From Vicinamibacterales bacterium (lineage in GTDB: Bacteria > Acidobacteriota > Vicinamibacteria > Vicinamibacterales > UBA2999): DNA of 64,000 nucleotides. The DNA is taken from contig JAWKHS010000025.1 of assembly GCA_041394705.1 (NCBI GenBank), positions 6,157 through 70,156 of the forward strand. Reading direction: 5' to 3'. Below, piece by piece: positions 49,001 to 56,869 of this stretch. Numbering within the stretch: the first letter of the stretch is position 1; the number at the start of each line of letters is the position of its first letter. Position numbers and translations under genes: made by a program. The notes beneath the pieces were generated by a model. It did no database searches and was not told where the DNA came from. It was given only the letters and a program-made list of their open reading frames with translations.

Positions 49001-49673
49001 CACGGCCCAGCCGTCGGCCTCGCGCGCGGGGGCCGGGACGTCCGCGGACGAGGCGGCGCGTCTCGGGCGGCAGGCCGCGCAGGCGATGGACCGCGTCGCC
49101 GATCGTCTCGACGGCCGCAGGGAGGCCGATGGCCCGGCGACGGCCCGGCTGTCGGACGACCTGACGCGCACGCGCGAGCTGCGCGAGCAGCTCGCGCGCA
49201 TCGATCGCGCGCTGGCCGACCTCAAGGCCACCGAGGGCCGGCAGTCGGCGGCGGACGCGCGCGAGGGCCGGGGACAGGAGGCGGGGACCGAGGGCGCGGC
49301 CGCCGACGGAGAAGTCGACCGGCTTCGCCGCCAGCTGACCGAGGAGCTGCGGCAGGCGCGGGAGCAGGTGGACGCGCTTGGGCGTGGGTCGGCCGACCTG
49401 CGCGGCGGATCGACGCCGGAGCAGTGGCAGCCGAGCACGTCGGCGCCTGGCACGGAGGCCTTCAAGCAGGACTTCGCGCGGTGGGACAGCCTGAAGCAGA
49501 ACCTGCTGCTCGCGCTCGAGAAGGTCGAGCAGGGCCTGTCGGACGCGCTGCGCCAGCAGGAGACGCGGGATCGCCTGAGCGCCGGCCGCTCCGAGGCCGT
49601 GCCCGACGACTACCGGAAGCTCGTGGACAAGTACTACCGATCGCTCGCGGCGCCGCGGCGGCCGGAGCGGTGA
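46098..49673 (+). CDS. large DUF4175-like membrane protein with charged coiled-coil C-terminal half
   Basis: 1191 aa. Two N-terminal TM helices. A beta-rich middle region. About 550 aa rich in R/Q/E/A. C-terminal DDYRKLVDKYYRSL. Confidence 0.8.
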   Translation: MADELTTLRALLDDIARRRASLAWRRAWIAGAVAAAVALAASRAAVALGAPDGLVLLAVVGFGVAVAGLALAVALVGARETSTPLQIARLVEERLGGLDDVVATAVDYAARPDHRPGIADQLAASALRAAGPGVTDAVVDPDTVRRTNRRAWAATAALAASVALLVGPLGRAGEVAAAYLMPSRLALTVEPGNVRVRAGRPVTITARIDGTTAVTPALVAGDGAEPAPMRLEPDGAFVATVPDVTASFDYRVVAGGRESPAYTVTVVHPARVERIDLDLTFPTALGLAPRHEEDGGDIYAPEGTTVRLTVTADRAVESGALVMGDGTRVALAGGGRVASADLTVSADGSYRVAFVDDDGVEMPDDTEYFIRTLLDRPPDVRILRPAGDRQVTPLEEVLIEARADDDFGVKSFDLVLQKPGDAEVVVPLRGTASALTVNGAHTLYLEDLEVAPGDVVSYYVRARDIGRGKPSSETRSDMFFLEVKAFDDEFVAAQSQAMAASGQAQGVLDLAAAQKEIVVATWKLDSRGRRANREASAADVRALAAAQRALEQRAAKEAGSQLQPASPGGPRRRGGQATLSTIGDDPIGLAIEAMRRAATELDRARTGTALPHEMEALNQLLKAEADVKRRQVARQQSGGGGGSRQAPDLSALFDQELRKQQETTYETPDSAETRQDGTREDDPLAALRELARRQEALSRDQRDLARQQDGLDAETVKRRLERLTRDQEQLRRELEQLARQLPQPNGQRDPGSQGERRDAAASSGQQKGASGPPQTAGTQGASSGSGQAAGQSAASQTSDGDRQALRDAVSEMRQASSGLRDEDAERASQSATRALEQMRRAEDALQGSTAEDLQRRLGDVQLEARQLAEAQRRLTDRVARGGTAEGRADARQAAGEQTRLAARTERLKERMRALARQAPQGDGRQTLDQAGRELESGRAADLMREASRALAGQERTEAAAGSTGAASSTAQPSASRAGAGTSADEAARLGRQAAQAMDRVADRLDGRREADGPATARLSDDLTRTRELREQLARIDRALADLKATEGRQSAADAREGRGQEAGTEGAAADGEVDRLRRQLTEELRQAREQVDALGRGSADLRGGSTPEQWQPSTSAPGTEAFKQDFARWDSLKQNLLLALEKVEQGLSDALRQQETRDRLSAGRSEAVPDDYRKLVDKYYRSLAAPRRPER

Positions 49674-49677
49674 CCGG

Positions 49678-51873
49678 ATGCGCTTCGCCGTTGCGTTGCC
49701 GTGGTGGGGCTACGCGCTCATCGCCGGCATGGCCGTCGCCGTGGCCGTGTACACCTATGCCGGCGCGTGGCTGCCGCCGCGCCGGCGCGCTGTCCTGACG
49801 GTCCTGCGCGCCCTCGCGCTGCTGCTGCTGTCGGCGGCCGTCCTCCGCCCCGTCCGCGTCCTGCCGCCCGCCGCCGCCCGCGATCGCCTCGTTCCGATCC
49901 TGGTGGACGTGTCGCGCAGCATGCGCGTGGCCGACGGGCAGGGTCCGGCGCGGATGGAGCGCGCGCGGCGCGTCGCCGCCCAGCTCACGCAGGCGCTCCA
50001 GGCATCCGTGCGCACCGAGCTGTGGGCCTTCGGCGACGGCGCCGCCCGGGCCGCGCTCGGCGACCTGCAGGCCTCGGCCGGCCGGTCCGATCTCGCCGGC
50101 GCGCTCAAGACCGTCGCCGAGCACTACCGGGGCCGCCCGCTGGGCGGTGTCATCGTGGTGTCCGACGGCGGCGACACGGCGTCTGCCGATGCCGCCTCGC
50201 TGCCCGCGGTGCCCGTCTTCACCGTGGGCGTGGGCGAGCCCCACGTCACGCGGGACCGCGAGGTCATCGCCATGTCGGCCGGAGAGCCGCGCCTGGCGGA
50301 TTCCACCGTGGACGTCCACGTGTCGGCCGTCAGTTCGGGGTTCGGCACGCAGCCGCTCGAGCTCACGCTCTCGGCCAACGGCCGCCCGATCGAGGTGCGG
50401 CGGCTCTCCTCGGCCGATGGCGCGCCGGTCACGGCCGTCTTCACGGTGTCGCCCGATCCGAAGGTGCCCACGGTCTACCGGGTGGACGTCCCCGTGGCGC
50501 CGGGCGAGACCGCCAGCGAGAACAACACGCGCAGCGTGCTCGTGGAGCCGCCGGGCCGCCCGCGCCGGCTCCTCCTCGTCGAGGGCGCGCCGGGCTACGA
50601 GCACACCTTCCTGAAGCGCGCGCTCGCCCACGACACGAGCCTGGACGTCGACTCGGTCATCAGGAAGGGGCAGACCGACGACGGCGCGCCCACCTTCTTC
50701 GTGCAGGCGGCCGCGTCCAGGGCCGGAGCACTCGCCGCCGGCTACCCGCGCACGCGCGCCGACCTCTTCGCCTACGACGCCGTGGTGTTCGGCAACGTGG
50801 ACGCCGCGTTCTTCTCGAAGGAGCAACTCGAGGCGACGGCCGACTTCGTGGCCGTGCGAGGCGGCGGCCTGCTGGTGCTGGGTGGGCGGTCGTTCGACCG
50901 GGAGGGCCTCGCCGGCACGCCGATCGACGAAGTGCTGCCGGTGGACATGTCCGATCGGCGCGCCACCGTGGCCCGCGCGTCCACGGGCGAGCCGGGCGGC
51001 GCCGGCGTGCGCCTGACGCCGGACGGTGCCGACCATCCGGCGACGCGGCTCGGGGCATCGGCCGACGAAGCGGCCCGCCGCTGGGCCGCGCTGCCGCCGC
51101 TGGCGGCCGTCTCGGCCGTGGGCGGACCACGGCCGGGCGCGCTCGTGCTCGTCACGAGCGGCACCGCGACCGACGCGCGGCCGCTCGTCACGGTCCAGCG
51201 CTACGGTCAGGGCCGCGCGATGGTGTTCGCGGGCGAGGCCTCGTGGCACTGGCGCATGATGCTTCCGGCGTCGGACGCGACCTACGATACGATCTGGCGT
51301 CAGATGACCCGCTGGCTCGCGCGCGGCTCCCTCGATCGGGTGTCGGTCGTCGCGCTCGGCAACCCCTCGCCGGGCACGGCCGAGACGGCGCCCGTGCTCG
51401 TGCGGGACGAGGCGTTCCAGCCGGTGGACGACGCCGAGGTGCAGGTGGTGGTCACGACCCCGGGCGGGGACGAGACCCGGCTTACGGCCACGCTCGCCGA
51501 CGCCGCGGACGGCCGCTACGAAGTGCCCGTCCGTTTCGAGGACGCCGGCGTCTATCGGGTGTCGGCCGACGCGCGGCGCGGGACCGACCGCCTGGGCACG
51601 GCCGAACGCACGGTGCTCGCGGGCGGCGCCGATCCCGAGATGGCCGATCCGCGGTTGAACGAGGCCGTGCTGCAGCGCCTGTCGGCGCGGACGGGCGGCG
51701 AGTACGTGCGGCCGGACGGGGTGGACGCCATCCCGCCGAAGCTCGCGGTGGCCAGGGTCGTCGACGGGCCGCCGGAGCTGCGCGATCTGTGGCACGGGGC
51801 GTGGAGCCTGCTGGCCGTGATCGGGATCCTGGCCGCGGAGTGGACGCTCAGGCGCCGGATGGGGCTCGTATGA
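49678..51873 (+). CDS. membrane protein with VWA-like and GATase1-like (DUF1355-type) domains
   Basis: 731 aa. N-terminal TM helices. ILVDVSRSM (VWA). AYDAVVFGNVDAAFFSKEQLEATADFVAVRGGGLLVLGG block. C-terminal TM helix. Confidence 0.8.
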   Translation: MRFAVALPWWGYALIAGMAVAVAVYTYAGAWLPPRRRAVLTVLRALALLLLSAAVLRPVRVLPPAAARDRLVPILVDVSRSMRVADGQGPARMERARRVAAQLTQALQASVRTELWAFGDGAARAALGDLQASAGRSDLAGALKTVAEHYRGRPLGGVIVVSDGGDTASADAASLPAVPVFTVGVGEPHVTRDREVIAMSAGEPRLADSTVDVHVSAVSSGFGTQPLELTLSANGRPIEVRRLSSADGAPVTAVFTVSPDPKVPTVYRVDVPVAPGETASENNTRSVLVEPPGRPRRLLLVEGAPGYEHTFLKRALAHDTSLDVDSVIRKGQTDDGAPTFFVQAAASRAGALAAGYPRTRADLFAYDAVVFGNVDAAFFSKEQLEATADFVAVRGGGLLVLGGRSFDREGLAGTPIDEVLPVDMSDRRATVARASTGEPGGAGVRLTPDGADHPATRLGASADEAARRWAALPPLAAVSAVGGPRPGALVLVTSGTATDARPLVTVQRYGQGRAMVFAGEASWHWRMMLPASDATYDTIWRQMTRWLARGSLDRVSVVALGNPSPGTAETAPVLVRDEAFQPVDDAEVQVVVTTPGGDETRLTATLADAADGRYEVPVRFEDAGVYRVSADARRGTDRLGTAERTVLAGGADPEMADPRLNEAVLQRLSARTGGEYVRPDGVDAIPPKLAVARVVDGPPELRDLWHGAWSLLAVIGILAAEWTLRRRMGLV

Positions 51874-52859
51874 TGCGCTGGTCGATGCTCGCCGCTCTCC
51901 TCGCCTGCTGGCCCGCCACGCCCGGCGCCGCGCAGGGCGTCGCGCCGCCAGCGTCGCGCGACGGCCGCTGGGCGGTCGTCGTCAGCGGCGCCTCCGGCGG
52001 GCCCGCCTACGCGAAGCAACTGGCGACGTGGCGCGACGCCATCCAGTCCGCGCTGACAGGGCGCTTCGGCTTCGCGCCCGCGCATGTCCTGCAACTCGTG
52101 GACGAGACCGCGCGCGAGTCCGGCACGCCGGCCACCGCCGAGCAGGTGCGCAAGCTCTTCACCTCGCTCAAGGGCCAGGTGGGGAAGGACGATCTCGTCC
52201 TGCTCGTGCTCCTGGGGCACGGCACCTTCGACGGGCAGCAGGCCAAGTTCAACCTGGTGGGGCCCGATCTCACGGCGGCCGACTGGCGGGCCCTGCTCGA
52301 CGGGCTGCCCGGGCGCGTGGTGGTGGTGAACACGACCGAATCGAGCGCGCCGTTCATGGAGGCGCTGGCCGCCAAGGGCCGTATCGTCATCACGGCGACC
52401 GAGACGGCGGCGCAGAAGTACGCCACGGTGTTCCCCGAGTACTTCGTCAAGGCGCTCGGCGATGCCCAGTCGGATCTCGACAAGAACGGCCGCACCTCGA
52501 TCTGGGAGCTCTTCTCGGCGGCCAGCGGCGCCGTCGCGCGCCACTACGAGGAACGCGCCCAGCTCACGACCGAGCGGGCCATGCTGAGCGACACCGGCGA
52601 CCGGACGGGTGTGCAGGCCTCGGCCACCGGGCCGGTCGGTACGATGGCCCGGTCGTTCTTCCTGGATCGCGACGTCGCGTCCGAGAGCGCCGACCCCGAA
52701 GTGCGGGCCCTCATCGAGCGCCGCCGTGCGCTCGAAGCCGAGGCCGAGGCGCTCATCCAGCAGAAGCCCGGCGCCGACCCGGCCGCGTGGTCCGCCGAGT
52801 TCGAGCGCCTGATGATCGAGCTGGCGCGGGTGTCCCGCGAGGTCAGAAGCCGGTCCTGA
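51870..52859 (+). CDS. secreted legumain (peptidase C13)-fold protein lacking a catalytic cysteine
   Basis: ATG 51870 overlaps the previous stop (ATGA). 329 aa. RWAVVVSGASGGPAYAKQ, LVLLVLLGHGTFDG and VVVVNTTESSAPFM are collinear with legumain blocks. The only Cys is in the signal peptide. Confidence 0.7.
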   Translation: MMRWSMLAALLACWPATPGAAQGVAPPASRDGRWAVVVSGASGGPAYAKQLATWRDAIQSALTGRFGFAPAHVLQLVDETARESGTPATAEQVRKLFTSLKGQVGKDDLVLLVLLGHGTFDGQQAKFNLVGPDLTAADWRALLDGLPGRVVVVNTTESSAPFMEALAAKGRIVITATETAAQKYATVFPEYFVKALGDAQSDLDKNGRTSIWELFSAASGAVARHYEERAQLTTERAMLSDTGDRTGVQASATGPVGTMARSFFLDRDVASESADPEVRALIERRRALEAEAEALIQQKPGADPAAWSAEFERLMIELARVSREVRSRS

Positions 52860-52868
52860 GACCCGCCG

Positions 52869-53552
52869 TCACGACCGGCCGTCCGCCGGTCCGCTCCACC
52901 ACTCGACCCGCTGCCGCTCGCGGCGGCGGAAGACGAACACGAGGATCGCGCCCGCGCCGAAGCCCGCGGCGTGCGCCCAGAACGCGACGCCGCCCGCCAG
53001 CTCGCCCGACTGCACCGGGGAGAGCGTGGCCACGCCGCTCACGAACTGCATCAGGAACCACAGGCCCAGGAGGAACACGGCCGGGATCTCGACGATCGCG
53101 AGCGGGAAGGGGACCAGCGTGAGCACGCGCGATCGGGGATAGAGGACGAAGTAGGCGCCCATCACGCCCGCGATGGCGCCCGACGCCCCGACCATCGGCA
53201 CGGCGGAGTGCGGCGCCGCGACGGTCTGCGCAAGGGCCGCGCTGAGGCCCGTGAGCAGGTAGAAGGCCACGAAGCGGCCATGGCCCATGCGGTCCTCGAC
53301 GTTGTCGCCGAAGATCCACAGGTAGAGCATGTTGCCGGCCATGTGCATGAAGCCCGCGTGCACGAACATCGACGAGAAGACCGCCCCCCACGCGAACTCC
53401 GCGGGCACCAGGCCGAAGGCCTGGACGAAGGCCTCGAGCTCGCGCGGCGGGAGGGTCGTCTCGCGCAGGTAGACGAGCACGTTGACGACGACGATGGCCG
53501 TCGTGACCACGGGCGTCGTGCGCGAGGGGATGACGTCGCGAAGTGGAATCAT
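52869..53552 (-). CDS. rhomboid-family intramembrane serine protease
   Basis: ATG 53552. Only the last 227 codons of track ORF 52869..55493 are kept. HMAGNMLYLWIFG, GASGAIAG (Ser), FWAHAAGF (His). Confidence 0.9.
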   Translation of the reverse strand: MIPLRDVIPSRTTPVVTTAIVVVNVLVYLRETTLPPRELEAFVQAFGLVPAEFAWGAVFSSMFVHAGFMHMAGNMLYLWIFGDNVEDRMGHGRFVAFYLLTGLSAALAQTVAAPHSAVPMVGASGAIAGVMGAYFVLYPRSRVLTLVPFPLAIVEIPAVFLLGLWFLMQFVSGVATLSPVQSGELAGGVAFWAHAAGFGAGAILVFVFRRRERQRVEWWSGPADGRS

Positions 53553-53672
53553 CGAGTGCCGCGGACGGCTGACCGTGCGCCGGGCCGCGCCGTGGGCGCG
53601 GGCGTGAATCGCCGGCCGCGCCCCTAGTATCGCGTATGCTGGGATGCTGTCCCAAGGGGACGTCCCTTCGTC

Positions 53673-53951
53673 ATGCGCTGCCGATTCTGTGACACCGAGA
53701 TCGCCGACAAGGCCCTCATCTGCTATCGCTGCGGCCGGGCCACCTCCGACCCCCGCGTCGCCCCGCCTCCGCCGCCCCGCGGGCGGCCGTGGCTGGCGCT
53801 CTCGGGCATCGCGGCGGCCGCCGTGGGCCTGGCGGCGGCGCTGCCGACGGTCGTGCCGCACGACGCGCTCTGGGGCGGCTGGACGGCCGTGGCCGTGGTC
53901 GCGACGGGCGCTGCGGCGGCCGTCTGGCGGTCGGCCGGGCGGCGGCGATGA
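53673..53951 (+). CDS. small zinc-ribbon protein with two TM helices, hypothetical
   Basis: 92 aa. CRFCDTEIADKALICYRCG, then two Ala/Val-rich helices. High GC3. SD-like AAGGGGA upstream. Confidence 0.5.
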   Translation: MRCRFCDTEIADKALICYRCGRATSDPRVAPPPPPRGRPWLALSGIAAAAVGLAAALPTVVPHDALWGGWTAVAVVATGAAAAVWRSAGRRR

Positions 53952-53990
53952 GGCGGCGGGGGCGTGTGGCGCCCCCAGACGGCGCACGTT

Positions 53991-55634
53991 ATGATCGGAC
54001 CGCCCATGGGTGACCCCCGCCTCGAAGTCAACGATGGCCTTGGCAAGCGCGTCATCCCGATCGACAAGCCCACGACCACGATCGGCCGCCGGACCGAGAG
54101 CGACGTCCGCCTCGTGGGCAGCGACGTGTCGCGCGAGCACGCCGAGATCGTGCGCGACGACGCCGGCTTCCTCCTGCGCGACCGTGGATCGCGCTACGGG
54201 ACCTATGCCAACGGGGCGCCGGTCACCGAGCACCGGCTGACGCACGGCGATCGCGTGCAGTTCGGCCGCACCGGCGGCGCCGAGGTCGTGTTCCTGACCG
54301 ACGCCGCGGCGTCCGCCTCGGCGACCTCGTCGGCCGGGACGGCCGTCGGCGACATCCGCCAGATGGCCACGCTGCTCGAGGGACTCCGCGCTCTCGGATC
54401 GGGCCGCGTCCTCGACGAAGTGCTCGCGCTCGTGCTCGATGCCGCCATCGGCGTCACGGGCGCCGAGCGCGGCTTCATCATGCTCGCCGGCGACGACGGC
54501 ACGCTCGACCTGAAGCTCGCCCGCGCGCGCGGCCGCGTCACCCTGCCCGGCAATCGGTTCGAGACCAGCCGCAAGATCCCCGAGGAGGTCTACGCCACGG
54601 GCGAGCTGAAGGTGGTGGCCGACCTGCTCGAGGGCGACGTCGAGGCCCACCAGGGCACCATCCAGCTCGGCATCCGCCACGTCCTGTGCACGCCGCTCCG
54701 AAACGTCCGCTACCTCGACCGGCCCGACCTGCCCGCGGAGACGCGCGCCATCGGCGTGCTCTACCTGGACAGCCGCGAGAAGGGGCAGCTCCTCTCCACC
54801 GCCACGCGCAGCGCGCTCGACACGCTGGCCAACGAGGCCGGCGTGGCCATCGAGAACGCGCGCCTCTACCGTGAAACCCTGGAGAAGGCCCGGATCGAGC
54901 ACGAGCTCCGCATCGCGGCCGAGATCCAGCGGTCGCTCCTGCCGCAGGGCCGACGCGAGGGCCCGCACTTCCAGGCCATGGGCGCGTCGCTGCCGTCGCG
55001 CTCGATCGGCGGCGACTTCTTCGACTACGTCGAGATGGACGGCGGCGCGGTGGGCATCGTCCTCGGCGACGTCGCAGGCAAGGGGCCGGCCGCCGCGCTC
55101 CTCACCGCCAAGATCCAGGGGCTCTTCTCGGCCCAGGCCGGCGGGAACACGCCCGCCTCGGCGATGCGGCTGGTCAACCAGGGCCTCCTGAAGCGGCAGG
55201 TGGACGCCCGCTATGCGACGGTCTTCTATGCCACGCTGTCGGAGGACGGCGGCCTGGCGTTCTGCAACGCGGGCCACAATCCGCCGCTCGTCGTGGGCGC
55301 CGCCGGCGCGCGTCCGCTCAACGGCAGCGGGATGCCGGTGGGCCTCTTCGCCGGGGCCACCTACACCGACGAGCAGGCCCACCTGGATCCGGGCGACGTG
55401 CTCGTCGTCTACAGCGACGGCGTCACCGAGGCCCTGAACCCGGCCGGCGAGGAGTTCGGCGAGGCCCGCCTCATCGCCGAGGTCACCCGGCACCGGGCGG
55501 CGCCGCTCGGCGACCTGCTCCAGCAGATCGTGACCGCCGTGCAGGGCTTCGCGGCCGGCGCGTCCCAGAGCGACGACGTCACCGTGATGGTCGTGCGCTA
55601 CCTCGGCTCGCCCGGGTCGAGGACGGGGGCATGA
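53991..55634 (+). CDS. FHA-GAF-PP2C (SpoIIE-type) serine/threonine phosphatase
   Basis: About 547 aa; alternative starts at 53964 and 54006. FHA block TIGRR...VSREHAEI...GSRYGTYANG. GAF in the middle. PP2C motifs GGDFFDY, GDVAGKG, YSDGVTEA. Confidence 0.9.
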   Translation: MIGPPMGDPRLEVNDGLGKRVIPIDKPTTTIGRRTESDVRLVGSDVSREHAEIVRDDAGFLLRDRGSRYGTYANGAPVTEHRLTHGDRVQFGRTGGAEVVFLTDAAASASATSSAGTAVGDIRQMATLLEGLRALGSGRVLDEVLALVLDAAIGVTGAERGFIMLAGDDGTLDLKLARARGRVTLPGNRFETSRKIPEEVYATGELKVVADLLEGDVEAHQGTIQLGIRHVLCTPLRNVRYLDRPDLPAETRAIGVLYLDSREKGQLLSTATRSALDTLANEAGVAIENARLYRETLEKARIEHELRIAAEIQRSLLPQGRREGPHFQAMGASLPSRSIGGDFFDYVEMDGGAVGIVLGDVAGKGPAAALLTAKIQGLFSAQAGGNTPASAMRLVNQGLLKRQVDARYATVFYATLSEDGGLAFCNAGHNPPLVVGAAGARPLNGSGMPVGLFAGATYTDEQAHLDPGDVLVVYSDGVTEALNPAGEEFGEARLIAEVTRHRAAPLGDLLQQIVTAVQGFAAGASQSDDVTVMVVRYLGSPGSRTGA

Positions 55635-56860
55635 ACGAACGCCTGATCTACGACTGGAACGCCGTCGCGGCGCCGCCGCGGCCCGGTCCGGTCATGCTCG
55701 ACGACGAGACGCTGCGCGACGGCCTCCAGTCCCCGTCGGTCCGCACGCCGTCCATCGACGACAAGATCCGCATTCTCCACCTCATCGATGCCCTGGGCAT
55801 CCACACCGCCGACATCGGCCTGCCCGGCGCCGGCGCCGACGTGGCGCGCGACGTGGAGCGCCTGGCCCGGGAAATCGCGGCCGCGCGGCTGAACGTGGCC
55901 GCCAACTGCGCGGCGCGGACCCACGTGGACGACATCCGCCCGGTGGCCGAGATCCAGCAGCGGACGGGCGTCCCTCTCGAATGCGCGTGCTTCATCGGGA
56001 GCTCGCCGATCCGTCAGTACGCCGAGGGGTGGACGCTCGACTGGCTCCTGCGCAAGACCGACGACGCCATCACGTTCGCGGTCCGCGAGGGCCTCCGCGT
56101 CATGTACGTCACCGAGGACACGACGCGCGCCCACCCCGACACCCTGCGGGCCATCTACCGCTGCGCCATCCACGCCGGGGCGTCCCGGATCTGCGTGGCG
56201 GACACGGTGGGCTTCGCCACGCCGGCCGGCGCCCACGCCGTCGTCCGCTTCGTGGCCAGCGTGGTCGCCGAGTCTGGCGCGCCGGTGGGTATCGACTGGC
56301 ACGGGCACCGCGACCGCGATCTCGCCGTCGCCTGCAGCCTGGCGGCCTACCAGGCGGGCGCGACCCGCCTGCACGGCGCGGCCCTGGGCATCGGCGAGCG
56401 GGTGGGCAACACGCCGATGGACCTGCTGCTCGTGAACCTGGTGCTGCTGGGACACCTCCAGCGCGATCTGCTGCCGCTCTCGGAATACTGCGAGACCGTT
56501 TCGCGGGCGTGCGGCGTGCCGATGCCCGACAACTACCCGGTGCTGGGCCGCGACGCCTTCCGGACCGCCACCGGCGTGCATGCCGCGGCCGTGGTGAAGG
56601 CGGCGAAGAAGGGCGACCGCGCCCTGATGGACGCGGTCTACTCGGCGATTCCGGCGGGGATGATCGGGCGCGAACAGGAGATCGAGATCGGCCCGATGTC
56701 GGGCCGATCGAACGTCACCTACTGGCTGGAGAAGCGCGGAATCGCGGCCACCGACTCCCTCGTGGATCGCATCCTGCAGCGGGCGAAGCGGGCGTCGGCG
56801 GTCCTCACCGACGCCGAGATTCGCGACGAGATCCGGGCGGCCGCACTCAGCGCCCGCTGA
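55631..56860 (+). CDS. LeuA/homocitrate-synthase-family (DRE-TIM) acyl-CoA:2-oxoacid condensing enzyme, short form, atypical motif
   Basis: 409 aa. ATG overlaps the phosphatase stop (ATGA). LRDGLQSP in place of RDGEQ. WHGHRDRD and GIGERVGNTP are retained. No LeuA C-terminal regulatory domain. Confidence 0.85.
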   Translation: MNERLIYDWNAVAAPPRPGPVMLDDETLRDGLQSPSVRTPSIDDKIRILHLIDALGIHTADIGLPGAGADVARDVERLAREIAAARLNVAANCAARTHVDDIRPVAEIQQRTGVPLECACFIGSSPIRQYAEGWTLDWLLRKTDDAITFAVREGLRVMYVTEDTTRAHPDTLRAIYRCAIHAGASRICVADTVGFATPAGAHAVVRFVASVVAESGAPVGIDWHGHRDRDLAVACSLAAYQAGATRLHGAALGIGERVGNTPMDLLLVNLVLLGHLQRDLLPLSEYCETVSRACGVPMPDNYPVLGRDAFRTATGVHAAAVVKAAKKGDRALMDAVYSAIPAGMIGREQEIEIGPMSGRSNVTYWLEKRGIAATDSLVDRILQRAKRASAVLTDAEIRDEIRAAALSAR

Positions 56861-56869
56861 CGGCGGCGG

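Noticed and set aside
47600-49600. Possible tandem DNA repeats in the coiled-coil half of the DUF4175-like gene.
   Set aside because: I could not find any exact or near-exact periodic unit. The impression of repetition comes from amino-acid composition (R/Q/E/A) and GC-rich codons.
45879-51795. Very long reverse-strand ORFs (45879..48635, 918 aa; 49462..51795, 777 aa; also 43202..45160) antisense to the Bat-like operon.
   Set aside because: Low-complexity Arg/Gly/His/Pro composition with no motifs. The plus-strand frames carry clear family signatures and start/stop coupling.
53553-55493. Upstream 647 codons of the 874-aa reverse ORF 52869..55493.
   Set aside because: Only the C-terminal 227 codons (rhomboid, from ATG 53552) look like protein. 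The rest is antisense to the strongly supported FHA-GAF-PP2C gene.
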